Origin: an uncultured Planctomycetaceae bacterium
Lineage (GTDB): Bacteria > Planctomycetota > Planctomycetia > Isosphaerales > Isosphaeraceae
NCBI GenBank assembly: GCA_963833985.1
Contig: CAWIAD010000001.1
Coordinates: forward strand, 3,040,001 to 3,104,000
Direction: 5' to 3'
DNA: 64,000 bases
The notes under the pieces are model-generated. The model did no database searches and was not told the DNA's origin. It saw only the letters and a list, made by a program, of their open reading frames with translations. This document shows positions 11,473 through 20,933 of this stretch, in pieces. The stretch's first letter is position 1. Each line of letters opens with the position of its first letter. A program made the translations under genes and the position numbers.

Positions 11473-11969
11473 CCGACCGTTCGCTGTGCCCGACCCACAC
11501 TGGGAAAGACGCCGGCATCGTGTCAACCCGCTGACGGCGTTCCATCTGCTGCCGAAGCCGTCTGGCTCGTCTGCGATGCCGTCCACCGGCTACCGACGCG
11601 GAGCAGGCCTGGCGCCGAGACGCGGTTCGATTCCTGGATTTTAACGTCCCCCGAACCGGTTCTCGACTGGTGCAACGCTTCTGCCATGGTTTTTGGTGAG
11701 AAACTTCGACTCAAGACGGGCCGAGTGCAACGCCTGCTGCGGCGCGGGACCTCCGGGACTCTCCATCGCGACGCCCTCCACCCGGAGGGGACCGGCGCTG
11801 CCCGCTCGCACTGGGACCCCGGACAGCCGTCCTCTCCTGGTTCCCTCCCGCGATCGGAAACTCTGCTCCAGGGTGCCTGGCCATGCCACGCTGCGCGGTT
11901 CACCGTGCCAGCAGCGGGTTCAGAAGGCGCGTGAGCGCTGGGCTGCGCCTGCGATAGAGGCTCTGACGC

Positions 11970-14024
11970 TCACCAGATTCGCACTCTCTGCTCCGGCGGC
12001 AGCCAGAGCCGGTCTCCGGGCTTGACGCCAAACGCGGAGTAAAACTCCGGCAGGTTGCGGAGCACGCCGTTGCAGCGGAATTCCGGAGGCGAGTGCGGGT
12101 CGGTTGCGAGCCGGCGCGACAGCTCGGCGTCGCGGTACTTGCTCCGCCAGACCTGTGCCCATCCCACGAAGAAACGCTGCTCGCCGGTCAGCCCATCGAT
12201 CACGAGAGTCTGCTGACCCTTCAGCGACCGCTTGTAGGCCTTGTAAGCAATCGATAGCCCGCCGAGATCGCCGATGTTCTCGCCGATCGTCATCGCCCCG
12301 TTCACCCTTTGACCACGAAGCTGCGACGGCTCGAAACCGCCGTACTGGTCGATCAACCGTCGGGTGCGGCCATCGAATTCCTTGCGGTCTGCGTCGGTCC
12401 ACCAGCTCACCATGTTGCCGTTGCCGTCGGATTTCGACCCCTGATCGTCAAACCCGTGGCCGATCTCGTGTCCAATCACCGCACCGATGCCGCCGTAGTT
12501 CACGGCGTCGTCCACCGCCATGTTGAAGAATGGGGGCTGGAGGATCGCGGCGGGGAAGACGATCTCGTTCATTCCCGGGTTGTAGTAGGCGTTGACGGTC
12601 TGCGGCGTCATGTGCCACTCATCCCGATCGACCGGCTGGCCAAGCTTGGCGAGGTGGCGCGCCACCTCGAACGCCACCGAACGGCGGAAGTTGCCCAGCA
12701 GGTCGTCGCGATGAATGACAAGCTTCGAGTAGTCGCGCCACTTGTCGGGATAGCCGATCTTGGGGTGAAACTTCGCAAGCTTCTCCAGGGCCCGCTCGCG
12801 GGTCTCCGGGCCCATCCATTCCAGAGAGGAGATCTCGTCGTGATAGGCGTCGATCAGGTTTGCCACCAGCTGCTGCATGCGCGACCTGGCCGCCGGTGGA
12901 AACCGCCGCGATACATAGATGCGGCCCACGGCCTCGCCCATCGCCTCGCCCACAAGCGCCACCCCGCGCTTCCAGCGGGGACGAAGTTCCGGAGCCCCGG
13001 TCAGTACCTTGCCAAAGAACGCGAAGTCCTCATCGACGAAGGGCTTGCCCAGGTAAGGTGCGAAGCGGTGCAGGAGGTGCCAGGTCAGCCAGTTTTTCCA
13101 GTGATCCAGCGGCAGTTTTCCCAGCGTGGGAGACAGTGCGGTGAAGAAGTCGGGCTGGCGTACGATGACCTCGTGAATCTCCGGCTCCCGGGCGCCGTAA
13201 GCTTGCAGCCAGTCCCGCCAGTCGACCCCGGGGACCATGGCCTCCAGCTCGTGCCGATCCTTCTTGTTGTAACTTAGCGTGCGGTCACGCCGCTTGACCC
13301 GATCCCAGTGGTGCTTCGCCAGTTCGGTCTCAACAATCAACACGCTGCGGGCAGCCGCCTGGGGCGAAGGGACGCCGGCCAGAGCGAGCATCCGTTCCAG
13401 GTGCCCGGCGAACTGCTGGCGGATCGGCTGGAACTTCGGGTCGCGGTAATAGGCTTCGTCCGGCAGCGAGATCCCGCTCTGGACAAGACTGAGGATGTAG
13501 CGGTCGGACTGCTTGTCGTCGGTATTGATCGAGATCCCGAAAAGGCCGCCAACCCCGTCGCGCTGGAGCTCGGCAATCAGGTGCAGCAGGCCCGGCATGT
13601 CGCGAACCGCGGCGATTCGCTTCAGGTCCTCGGCGATCGGTTGCAATCCGCGCCGCTGGACTCCTTCCTCATCCATGAAACTGGCAAAGAGGTCGCCGAT
13701 CTTCCGCGTGTCCGAGCCGGGGCTGGCGATGGCCTGCGACGTTTCCAGGGCGATGGCGTGCAGGTCCGCCTCGCTCTTCTCGATGAGCTCCACGAAAGAC
13801 CCGTAATAGCTGCGATCGGGCGGGATGTCGACCCGCCCGAGCCAGGCTCCGTTGACATGGCGAAAGAAATCATCCTGCGGTCGGACGTTACGGTCGAACC
13901 CCTGGAGGTCGATCCCCGAGCGGGCTGCGGTACCGGCAGGTCGGTCCCCTCCCCTGACGACCGTCGCGAGCCCGAACGAGAGACAAAGAATTCCCAGAAC
14001 GGCGCGGCAAGCAGGTGATCTCAT
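11970..14024 (-). CDS. M13 family (neprilysin/PepO-like) secreted metallopeptidase
   Basis: Signal peptide; VRPQDDFF, VNAYY, HEIGHGFD, ENIGDLGG, DPHSP. Confidence 0.95.
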   Translation of the reverse strand: MRSPACRAVLGILCLSFGLATVVRGGDRPAGTAARSGIDLQGFDRNVRPQDDFFRHVNGAWLGRVDIPPDRSYYGSFVELIEKSEADLHAIALETSQAIASPGSDTRKIGDLFASFMDEEGVQRRGLQPIAEDLKRIAAVRDMPGLLHLIAELQRDGVGGLFGISINTDDKQSDRYILSLVQSGISLPDEAYYRDPKFQPIRQQFAGHLERMLALAGVPSPQAAARSVLIVETELAKHHWDRVKRRDRTLSYNKKDRHELEAMVPGVDWRDWLQAYGAREPEIHEVIVRQPDFFTALSPTLGKLPLDHWKNWLTWHLLHRFAPYLGKPFVDEDFAFFGKVLTGAPELRPRWKRGVALVGEAMGEAVGRIYVSRRFPPAARSRMQQLVANLIDAYHDEISSLEWMGPETRERALEKLAKFHPKIGYPDKWRDYSKLVIHRDDLLGNFRRSVAFEVARHLAKLGQPVDRDEWHMTPQTVNAYYNPGMNEIVFPAAILQPPFFNMAVDDAVNYGGIGAVIGHEIGHGFDDQGSKSDGNGNMVSWWTDADRKEFDGRTRRLIDQYGGFEPSQLRGQRVNGAMTIGENIGDLGGLSIAYKAYKRSLKGQQTLVIDGLTGEQRFFVGWAQVWRSKYRDAELSRRLATDPHSPPEFRCNGVLRNLPEFYSAFGVKPGDRLWLPPEQRVRIW

Positions 14025-14086
14025 GTCCCAACCCGAAAGTGACTGATGGCCTTTACTCGATGCCATTGAAGGCCATCCTAGCTTAG

Positions 14087-14785
14087 TCACTGAGACGGCG
14101 GACCGCCAGCAGGAGGGCCGCCAGCACCAGGAGGTCCACCAGGGCCGCCAGGAGGACCACCGGGACCGCCAGGGCCACCAGGAGGGCCACCAGGACCGCC
14201 AGGGCCACCAGGAGGGCCACCGGGACCGCCGGGGCCACCAGGAGGTCCGCCAGGGCCGCCGGGACCGCCAGGAGGACCTCCTGGTCCGCCACGACGCATC
14301 ATGCGATGTTCACGGTGGCACGCCATGCACGAGCTGGACAGGCTGTCGAGCGATTCCTTGGTCCTGGCCGCGTCCTTGGCCTGCGCCGCTTGATCGAGCT
14401 CGGTGGCCGCTGCCGCGAAGGCCTGGCTCAGCTTGGCCCAAGAATCCTTCGAACCCCGGGGGGGGTCCAGCTTGCCGGCTTCCCCGGCGAGCTGCGCAAA
14501 CTCCCTGGTCTTGGGCTGGATGGAGGACCAGTCAGGCTCCGCCTGCTTGAGGGCCGTCGTCAAGGATCCCTGGAGCGCCTGGGGCCCGCGGCCCACCTTC
14601 TCCATGATCTCCTTGAGCCGCGGATTCGATTTGGTAGCTTCCCGCGCTCCCGGCCCAGGGGCGTTCCCGGGTGCGCCTGCACCCAGATTCGGGGCTTCGT
14701 TGGGGCTCTCCTCTGCGCAGCCCGCGGTGAAGAGCAGCGAAATCGCAAGCGATGTCGTCGCAAGGAGCAGGCGAGTTCCGACCAT
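14087..14785 (-). CDS. Cytochrome c'-like (class II) lipoprotein with Gly/Pro repeat tail
   Basis: Lipobox-like FTAGC, helical body, C-terminal CMACH haem motif, then (GGPGGPP)n tail. Confidence 0.75.
   Translation of the reverse strand: MVGTRLLLATTSLAISLLFTAGCAEESPNEAPNLGAGAPGNAPGPGAREATKSNPRLKEIMEKVGRGPQALQGSLTTALKQAEPDWSSIQPKTREFAQLAGEAGKLDPPRGSKDSWAKLSQAFAAAATELDQAAQAKDAARTKESLDSLSSSCMACHREHRMMRRGGPGGPPGGPGGPGGPPGGPGGPGGPPGGPGGPGGPPGGPGGPGGPPGGPGGPPGAGGPPAGGPPSQ
14100..14290 (-). repeat. Coding tandem repeat, GGPGGPP / GGPGGPGGPP units
   Basis: Visible gggccgccaggagg/ggaccgccagggccacc repeats; ~60 aa of almost only G and P. Confidence 0.9.
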
Positions 14786-15866
14786 GCAAGAACCTTTCGA
14801 GCTGAGAATCCGAGAATCGGCCATGAAAGACGGTTCATGGCCCCGGGCGTCCTGCGATGAGAGCGTCAACCGCCCGCCTGGCGGTACGGCATTCGCGATC
14901 ATTGCCTGGTTCTTTACAGAGCTTTACGTGCCAGCGGCGGAGAGGGCTCTTCGCGTTCGGCGGCTCCACGCGAAGTACCAACAAAAATGCCGATCCTCGA
15001 CTTCCGAAATTTTCGGAAGGAGGACCGGCCTGAATTCCTCGGACACCAACGATACGGTATGGACTCGACGTAGCTTGACCTGGCAAACGACGGCGATCGT
15101 GAGAGATCCGATCAACCCGGAATGGGCTCAACGCTCGAAGGGCACACGCTCGCCGATGCGGCCGCCCCGAGTGGAATTGGCGTAAGTGGCGGTGAGCATT
15201 CCCAGCAAGGCGGCACGCCGGCCGGCGCGGGTGGACTTGCCACCACGCCGCACTCGAGCGACTGCGCCCGCCCATTCAAAACCGGCATGCGAAGGTGCAG
15301 CTTTCTTGGACTTCGGTTCATTCATCGACAAAAACTCCCCACGAGCAGAAACGCGACCTCAAAGAGCAGGTCAACGCTCCAGCACTCCCTTGGCCCGGCA
15401 GGAACCCGAATTCCCCCGGAATCGCCATCCTGGCTCTGGTCAGTGCGAGCCGCCTTGATCGGTGGCGGCTCCCGTCTCGATGAGCCAATGCTCGGCTGTC
15501 TACTTCTCAACCGCGGCGACTTGGCGGTTCGCCGCGACGATGACCGGCGACAGTCCTCGCAAGTTCCCATTTCATCGGATCAACCGCGTGTCCATATTGA
15601 CCACGATTGAAACCGACCAGGACAGTTCATGAAGCAGGGAAATGGGCGGCGACCTCCAGACTGCGCGAGTTTCGATCGCCGAACCATGTCCTCCTTCCAG
15701 ACACTGCCCAAACTGTATCAGCCCGGACAGCCTGCGTCTAGAAAAAAAAAGAGCCCTTGCGCGATTTCCGAAGCCCCGTTCGCCCGCAGCGCCTTCCCCG
15801 TTTGCCGGACTGCCGCGAGAGTGCGGTAATCACGCAGCAAATTCACCACGCTCCGGCCCGACCCTT

Positions 15867-17129
15867 CTACCTAAAGCCAATCAGGGCCAGCCAATCGGTC
15901 AACGATGATGACCCGGTAACGCCACCCGCGAGACCACCCAGTTGCGGGTGCAGCCGGTGGGCCAGAGCGGCGAGCAGAAGCAACAGGGTGTTCAAACCAT
16001 TGAACGCGGAATGCATCGTCACAACGGCCAGCAGGCTACCGGTTCGCTCAAACAGCAGTCCCAGCGCCACGGAAAGCGGGAAGATCGCGATCGGCGCAGG
16101 CCATTGGGGCAAATGCATGCCTGCAAAGATAAGTGATGTAAGCAAGATTGGCAGGAACAGGGTCCGCGATGAGGCGCGTGGTGGTGGTTGGCCTGGTGCC
16201 ACCGGATCGCTTTGTGCGCTAGCCGGCGGATCTCCGAGGCTCACCTCGCGGAGCTCCCGCGAATCTCCATCGCCGCCGGCAGAGGCATCGTTTGCCAGGG
16301 TGCTGGTTCCGGCTGGGGACGGTTCCGGCAGCCAGCGCGCAACCCAGCGCTGGAACATGCCTCGGAACAGCAGCTCCTCGATCAAGGGGGCCAGGACCAT
16401 GGTGGAGACCACCGCCAGGAGAGCCACAGGAAGCGTGAGCCCGTCCAGGACCATCTGCTCCACGGGGTGAGATTGCGGCGTCCAGATCCGGATCGCCGCG
16501 AGCTGGATTGCACAGACCAGGGGCGTCATCAAGAGCGCGGCCGTGAGCCCCTCCTGCACCTGAAGCTGCCAGCCGCGCAGGTCCAGCCCAAGCTCCAGGA
16601 GCCCGGCGCCCGAACTGAACCGCACACACATCGGAACCAGGACGAGCAGCAAAGCGTTGCTGATGGCAAACTGGAGCATCATCTCGGCCAGCGTCTGTTC
16701 TCCGGACGCGTTCTTCCCGGGCTCCGCGCCAGCCGCTTTCTCGGGCCGGACGTCGCGGCTGGCCTCTGCCTCAGGCGCTGAACGGTCATCCGCCCGATCC
16801 CGTTCGCTGGCCTTGGCCGGCTCCCGAGGGCCGTGGTCCGGCGGCTTCGCCTGCTGTGCGGCACGGGCCGGACGCCGGTGGGTGGCCGTATAGTAAACCT
16901 TGGCGACCGAGAGGTTCACGCCCAGGTAAAGCAGCACGACGGCGAAGATGGTCAGGCTGCCCCACGAGGCCGGCCGAAGACGGTTGCCAGGGCGGCCCGC
17001 AAGTATTGGCAGCCCCTTCCAGACCCGGCCCAGCGCCCAGACCCAGGTGCCAAGCATTGCCGCCAGCGCCGTGGCCAGAACCAGGGAGAGCACCGAAAAG
17101 GCAAGGAGTTCGGGGGAGAAACGGTCCAT
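15867..17129 (-). CDS. CPBP (CAAX/Abi) family intramembrane glutamic endopeptidase
   Basis: Multiple TM helices; APLIEELLFRG, FAGMH, MHSAFN motifs. Confidence 0.9.
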   Translation of the reverse strand: MDRFSPELLAFSVLSLVLATALAAMLGTWVWALGRVWKGLPILAGRPGNRLRPASWGSLTIFAVVLLYLGVNLSVAKVYYTATHRRPARAAQQAKPPDHGPREPAKASERDRADDRSAPEAEASRDVRPEKAAGAEPGKNASGEQTLAEMMLQFAISNALLLVLVPMCVRFSSGAGLLELGLDLRGWQLQVQEGLTAALLMTPLVCAIQLAAIRIWTPQSHPVEQMVLDGLTLPVALLAVVSTMVLAPLIEELLFRGMFQRWVARWLPEPSPAGTSTLANDASAGGDGDSRELREVSLGDPPASAQSDPVAPGQPPPRASSRTLFLPILLTSLIFAGMHLPQWPAPIAIFPLSVALGLLFERTGSLLAVVTMHSAFNGLNTLLLLLAALAHRLHPQLGGLAGGVTGSSSLTDWLALIGFR

Positions 17130-17306
17130 GAGACGGATGGAGCCCTCAGAACGGTGGCGGCGACAATCGGTCCATCCATCGTACCCGCCGCAAGCCGGTT
17201 CGGCCACCTTGTCCGGACCGGGCCCCCGCTCTAGAATCGCCCTGCGTGTACCGACGCGCGAACAGTGCTGATGCACGATAAACCCGAGCGGGAGCCAGTC
17301 CTGACG

Positions 17307-18522
17307 ATGCCCGAGATTGATGACCAGCTTCGCGTCCTCTCCCGGGGAGTGGACCAGATTGCTCCGGAAGACGAGTTCCGCAGGAAGCTGGAGCGGTCAC
17401 TCCGCGATCGCCGTCCCCTGCGCGTCAAGTACGGTATCGATCCGACCGGCATCGACGTGCATCTCGGCCACACCGTTCCCCTGCGCAAGCTCAGACAGTT
17501 TCAGGACCTGGGACATGCTGCGGTCATCATCATCGGCAACTATACGGCACTCGTCGGAGATCCCTCGGGCCGCGACGAGACCCGCGCGGTTGACGCAAGA
17601 GCAGGTGCAGGCCAACGCCCGCGACTACCTCCAGCAGGTCGGCCGCATCATCGACCTCCAGCGCGCCGAGGTGCATCATAACGGCGACTGGTTCTCGCGC
17701 TGGTCGTTTCTCCAGGTACTCGACCTGATGCGGCACATGACCCTCGGTCAGATGAGCGCCCGTGAGGATTTCGCGCAGCGGATCGCCGCCGAGAAGCCCG
17801 TCTATTTGCACGAGTGCCTGTACCCCCTCATGCAGGGGTGGGATTCAGTCGAGATCAAGGCCGACGTGGAGTTGGGCGGAACGGAGCAGCTCTTCAGCTT
17901 GCTTGTCGCTCGGGACTTGCAGCACTCCCAGGGACAGGAACCGCAGGTGGCGATGACCATGCCGATTCTGGTCGGCACCGACGGCGTCCGCCGCATGGGG
18001 AAGAGTCTGGGGAATTACATCGGCGTGGGCGAGACGCCTGAGAACCAGTTCGGCAAGGTGATGAGCGTACCCGACGAGCCGATGCGCCAGTATTTCACGC
18101 TGCTGACGGACCTGCCGATCTCCGAGATCGATCGCCTGCTCGCTCCGGAGGTGAATCCCAGGGACGCCAAGGAGGTTCTCGGCAAGGCCGTCGTCACCCA
18201 GTATCACGGGGCCGAAGCCGCCGACCAGGCGGCCGCCGAGTTTCGCCGCCGGGCCGCGGGGGATGATCCTGACGAGATTCCTGATGTCACACTCTCCGCG
18301 GACAGGCTCGACGCCGAAGGCCGGATTCCCGGACCCATTCTCATCAAGGAACTGGGGCTCGAAACCAGCACGTCCAACGCGCGCCGTGTGATCGAGCAGG
18401 GCGGTTTCAACGTCGGCCCTCACCGGGAGGCCGTCTCCGACCCGAAAGCGCTGATCCAGGTGTCCGACGGCTTGATCGTCCGGGTGGGCAAGCGCAAGAT
18501 CGCAAGAGTACGGCTGGTCTGA
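17307..18522 (+). CDS. tyrS: Tyrosine--tRNA ligase (apparent frameshift near 17585, likely sequence error)
   Basis: First frame [25 protein letters not shown]; second frame [39 protein letters not shown] plus C-terminal S4 domain. Confidence 0.93.
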
Positions 18523-18561
18523 TCGAGGGCGCAGTCACCGAGGGGCGGGGAAGTTCTGGCC

Positions 18562-19623
18562 ATGGCTCAGCACGGTTTCGGCATCATCGGCTGCGGCATG
18601 ATCGCCGAGTTTCATACCCGGGCGATCCTGGAGATCCCCGGCGCCCGGGTGGTGGCCGCCTGTAGCCGCAACCGTGCCAACGCCGACAAGATCGCCGGCC
18701 TCGCCGGCGGCTGCCGGGTGTTCGACCACCTGGACGCGATGCTGTCTCTTCCCGAGATTGACGTGGTCTGCATCTGCACGCCCAGCGGCGCCCATGCCGA
18801 GCCGGCCGTGCAGTCAGCCCGGGCTGGAAAGCACGTGGTCGTGGAGAAACCGCTGGAGATCACCCTGGCCCGATGCGACGCGATCATCGAGGCCTGCGAC
18901 GCGGCCGGCGTGCGGCTCTGCACCATCTTCCCCTCACGCTTCACGCCCGCCAACCTGCGCCTCAAGGAGGCCATCGAGGCTGGCCGGTTCGGCCGCCTCA
19001 CCCTTGGCGACACCCACGTCAAATGGTGGCGCACCCAGCAGTATTACGATTCCGGCGGCTGGCGCGGCACCTGGGCGCTGGACGGCGGCGGAGCGCTCAT
19101 GAACCAGGCCATCCACAACGTGGATCTGCTCTGCTGGCTGATGGGCGACGTCCAGTCGGTGGCGGCCCACTCGGCGACGCTGGCGCACCTGCGGATCGAG
19201 GTGGAGGATACCGCGGTGGCCAGCCTGCGGTTCGCGAATGGCGCGCTGGGTACCATCGAGGCGGCCACAAGCGCTTACCCGGGGCTGCTCAAGCGCACCG
19301 AGATCCACGGCGACCGGGGCTCCGCCCGGGTCGAGCAGGACGACATCACACTCTGGGAATTTCAGGAAAAGGTCCCCAGCGACAACGAGGTTTATTCGGC
19401 CATGGCGGCCGTCTCGGGCTTCAAGGCTGGCGCCAGCGATCCGCGCGGCATCACCCACGAAGGGCACCGTGACCAGATCCTTGATTTCCTCACGGCCATC
19501 GATCACAACCGGGCCCCCCTGGTGGACGGGCGCGAAGGGCGAAAGTCGGTCGAGATCATCCGGGCAATCTACCAGTCGGCCGGATCGGCACGGACCGTCA
19601 CGCTGCCATTCCACGAGCAATGA
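18562..19623 (+). CDS. Gfo/Idh/MocA family oxidoreductase
   Basis: GIIGCGMIA, GKHVVVEKP, GGGALMNQAIH, EVEDTA. Confidence 0.93.
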   Translation: MAQHGFGIIGCGMIAEFHTRAILEIPGARVVAACSRNRANADKIAGLAGGCRVFDHLDAMLSLPEIDVVCICTPSGAHAEPAVQSARAGKHVVVEKPLEITLARCDAIIEACDAAGVRLCTIFPSRFTPANLRLKEAIEAGRFGRLTLGDTHVKWWRTQQYYDSGGWRGTWALDGGGALMNQAIHNVDLLCWLMGDVQSVAAHSATLAHLRIEVEDTAVASLRFANGALGTIEAATSAYPGLLKRTEIHGDRGSARVEQDDITLWEFQEKVPSDNEVYSAMAAVSGFKAGASDPRGITHEGHRDQILDFLTAIDHNRAPLVDGREGRKSVEIIRAIYQSAGSARTVTLPFHEQ

Positions 19624-20018
19624 GCCGCTTCGGCGGACCAGGCCTGCTTTCGTCCGCCGGCCATTGATCCGGACCTTCCCCTGGAACCGAATTCCGGCGC
19701 ACCCAGCCCGGTCGCCATCGCTCCGCGACGGAGCGCGCGGGGAATTGGAGGGGTCCTCCTCCGACTGGCATTCCGAGCAAGTATGGCTCGTGATCCAGCC
19801 AGACAAGACGCTCGGTCGGCAGCATGCCGCATGATCGTGCCTGGAATAAATTCATTTTAAGGTCCTGCGGACAATTGATGGCAGAAATGCCTAGTTTGGG
19901 ATAATCTAAGAGATACGCGCGGGAATGTCGCCTGATTCCCAGCTTGGATCGTGAGTCCGCAACACGTCGTTCAGTCAATTCGCTCGAGACGAGCCGATGC
20001 GCCTTTGGGAGGCGAGTG

Positions 20019-20933
20019 ATGCCCAAGTCCGTCTTCATCAGCTACAGCCGCGCGCAGGGCGACTGGGTATTCGACCGATTGATCCCTCTCCTGCAAGCGG
20101 CGGGGATCGAGATCTTTGTGGATCGAGAACGGTTCAAGGCCGGCCGACCGCTGATCCCGTCGATGGAAGAATGGCAGGACAAGGCCGACATCAACGTGCT
20201 GGTGTTCTCGCCGGATTATCTTGAGAGCGAGTATTGCCAGCATGAGATGAACCGGGCCATCAGGCGGGATCCGAAGTTCGCGAAAGGAATCATCATTCCG
20301 GTGATGCGCGCCGAGTGCGTCCTTCCCCCCAAGATCAAGAAGGCGAATCCGCTGTTCGTGGACCTCGCTCCTGACAGGGAGGCAGAACCCTGGAAGAAAC
20401 TGCTTGAAGCCTGCGAGGGGTCACTGGGGACTTGCCCCCGGGAGTGGCTGAGCGCCCGGGATTCGATGCGCAAGCACCTTGAGAAGAAAGAGTCCGTCAA
20501 CCTGGTCGTCAGCGGAGGCGCGAGCTGGCGTCAGCTCATCGAGCACCTGCACAAGGACAGGGGCAACGATCTGGGCCTGGTTGACCTTCAGAACCCGGCC
20601 ACCTTTTCGAGAAAGGGACTGGTGCAGGCAATCCTCAGCGCTGCCGGCTCGACCATGGAGCCTCCCGAGGAGCCCGCGGACCTGATGCTGCTTGGAGATG
20701 TCATCGAGAGCCGCAAGCTGACACGCATTGCATTGACGCATTTTGATCTGATCGCGAGACGCAGCCTTGGCAACAAGGATGACCTGTTCTGCGCCCTCCG
20801 CTACTGGCTGATGGAGACGCGCAAGCTGGTGCTGCTGGTGCAGTCGCGCGAACCGTTCAATCGCCTGGTCTCGGCCGACCACCCGCTATCGCCCATCTCG
20901 TTGAAGATTGTCGAGCTGAAGGAGCAGGCATGA
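20019..20933 (+). CDS. TIR-domain protein with C-terminal degenerate STAND/P-loop-like domain
   Basis: RBS GGGAGG; VFISYSR..IFVDR..VFSPDYLESEYCQHE (TIR, catalytic Glu position retained); C-terminal SVNLVV..LVDLQ..IALTHFD..LRYW..LVLLVQSREP..SP resembles a STAND core lacking GK[ST] and DE. Confidence 0.82.
   Translation: MPKSVFISYSRAQGDWVFDRLIPLLQAAGIEIFVDRERFKAGRPLIPSMEEWQDKADINVLVFSPDYLESEYCQHEMNRAIRRDPKFAKGIIIPVMRAECVLPPKIKKANPLFVDLAPDREAEPWKKLLEACEGSLGTCPREWLSARDSMRKHLEKKESVNLVVSGGASWRQLIEHLHKDRGNDLGLVDLQNPATFSRKGLVQAILSAAGSTMEPPEEPADLMLLGDVIESRKLTRIALTHFDLIARRSLGNKDDLFCALRYWLMETRKLVLLVQSREPFNRLVSADHPLSPISLKIVELKEQA

Noticed and set aside
14100..14290. Possible CRISPR-like array
   Set aside because: The repeats are in-frame Gly/Pro codons with no unique spacers, and there are no cas genes.
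15867..17129. Abortive-infection role for the Abi/CAAX protein
   Set aside because: The CPBP family name does not imply defence; the context is housekeeping.
17307..18522. tyrS pseudogene or programmed frameshift
   Set aside because: Essential gene with intact motifs; the break lies in a CG repeat and matches the window-wide indel pattern.
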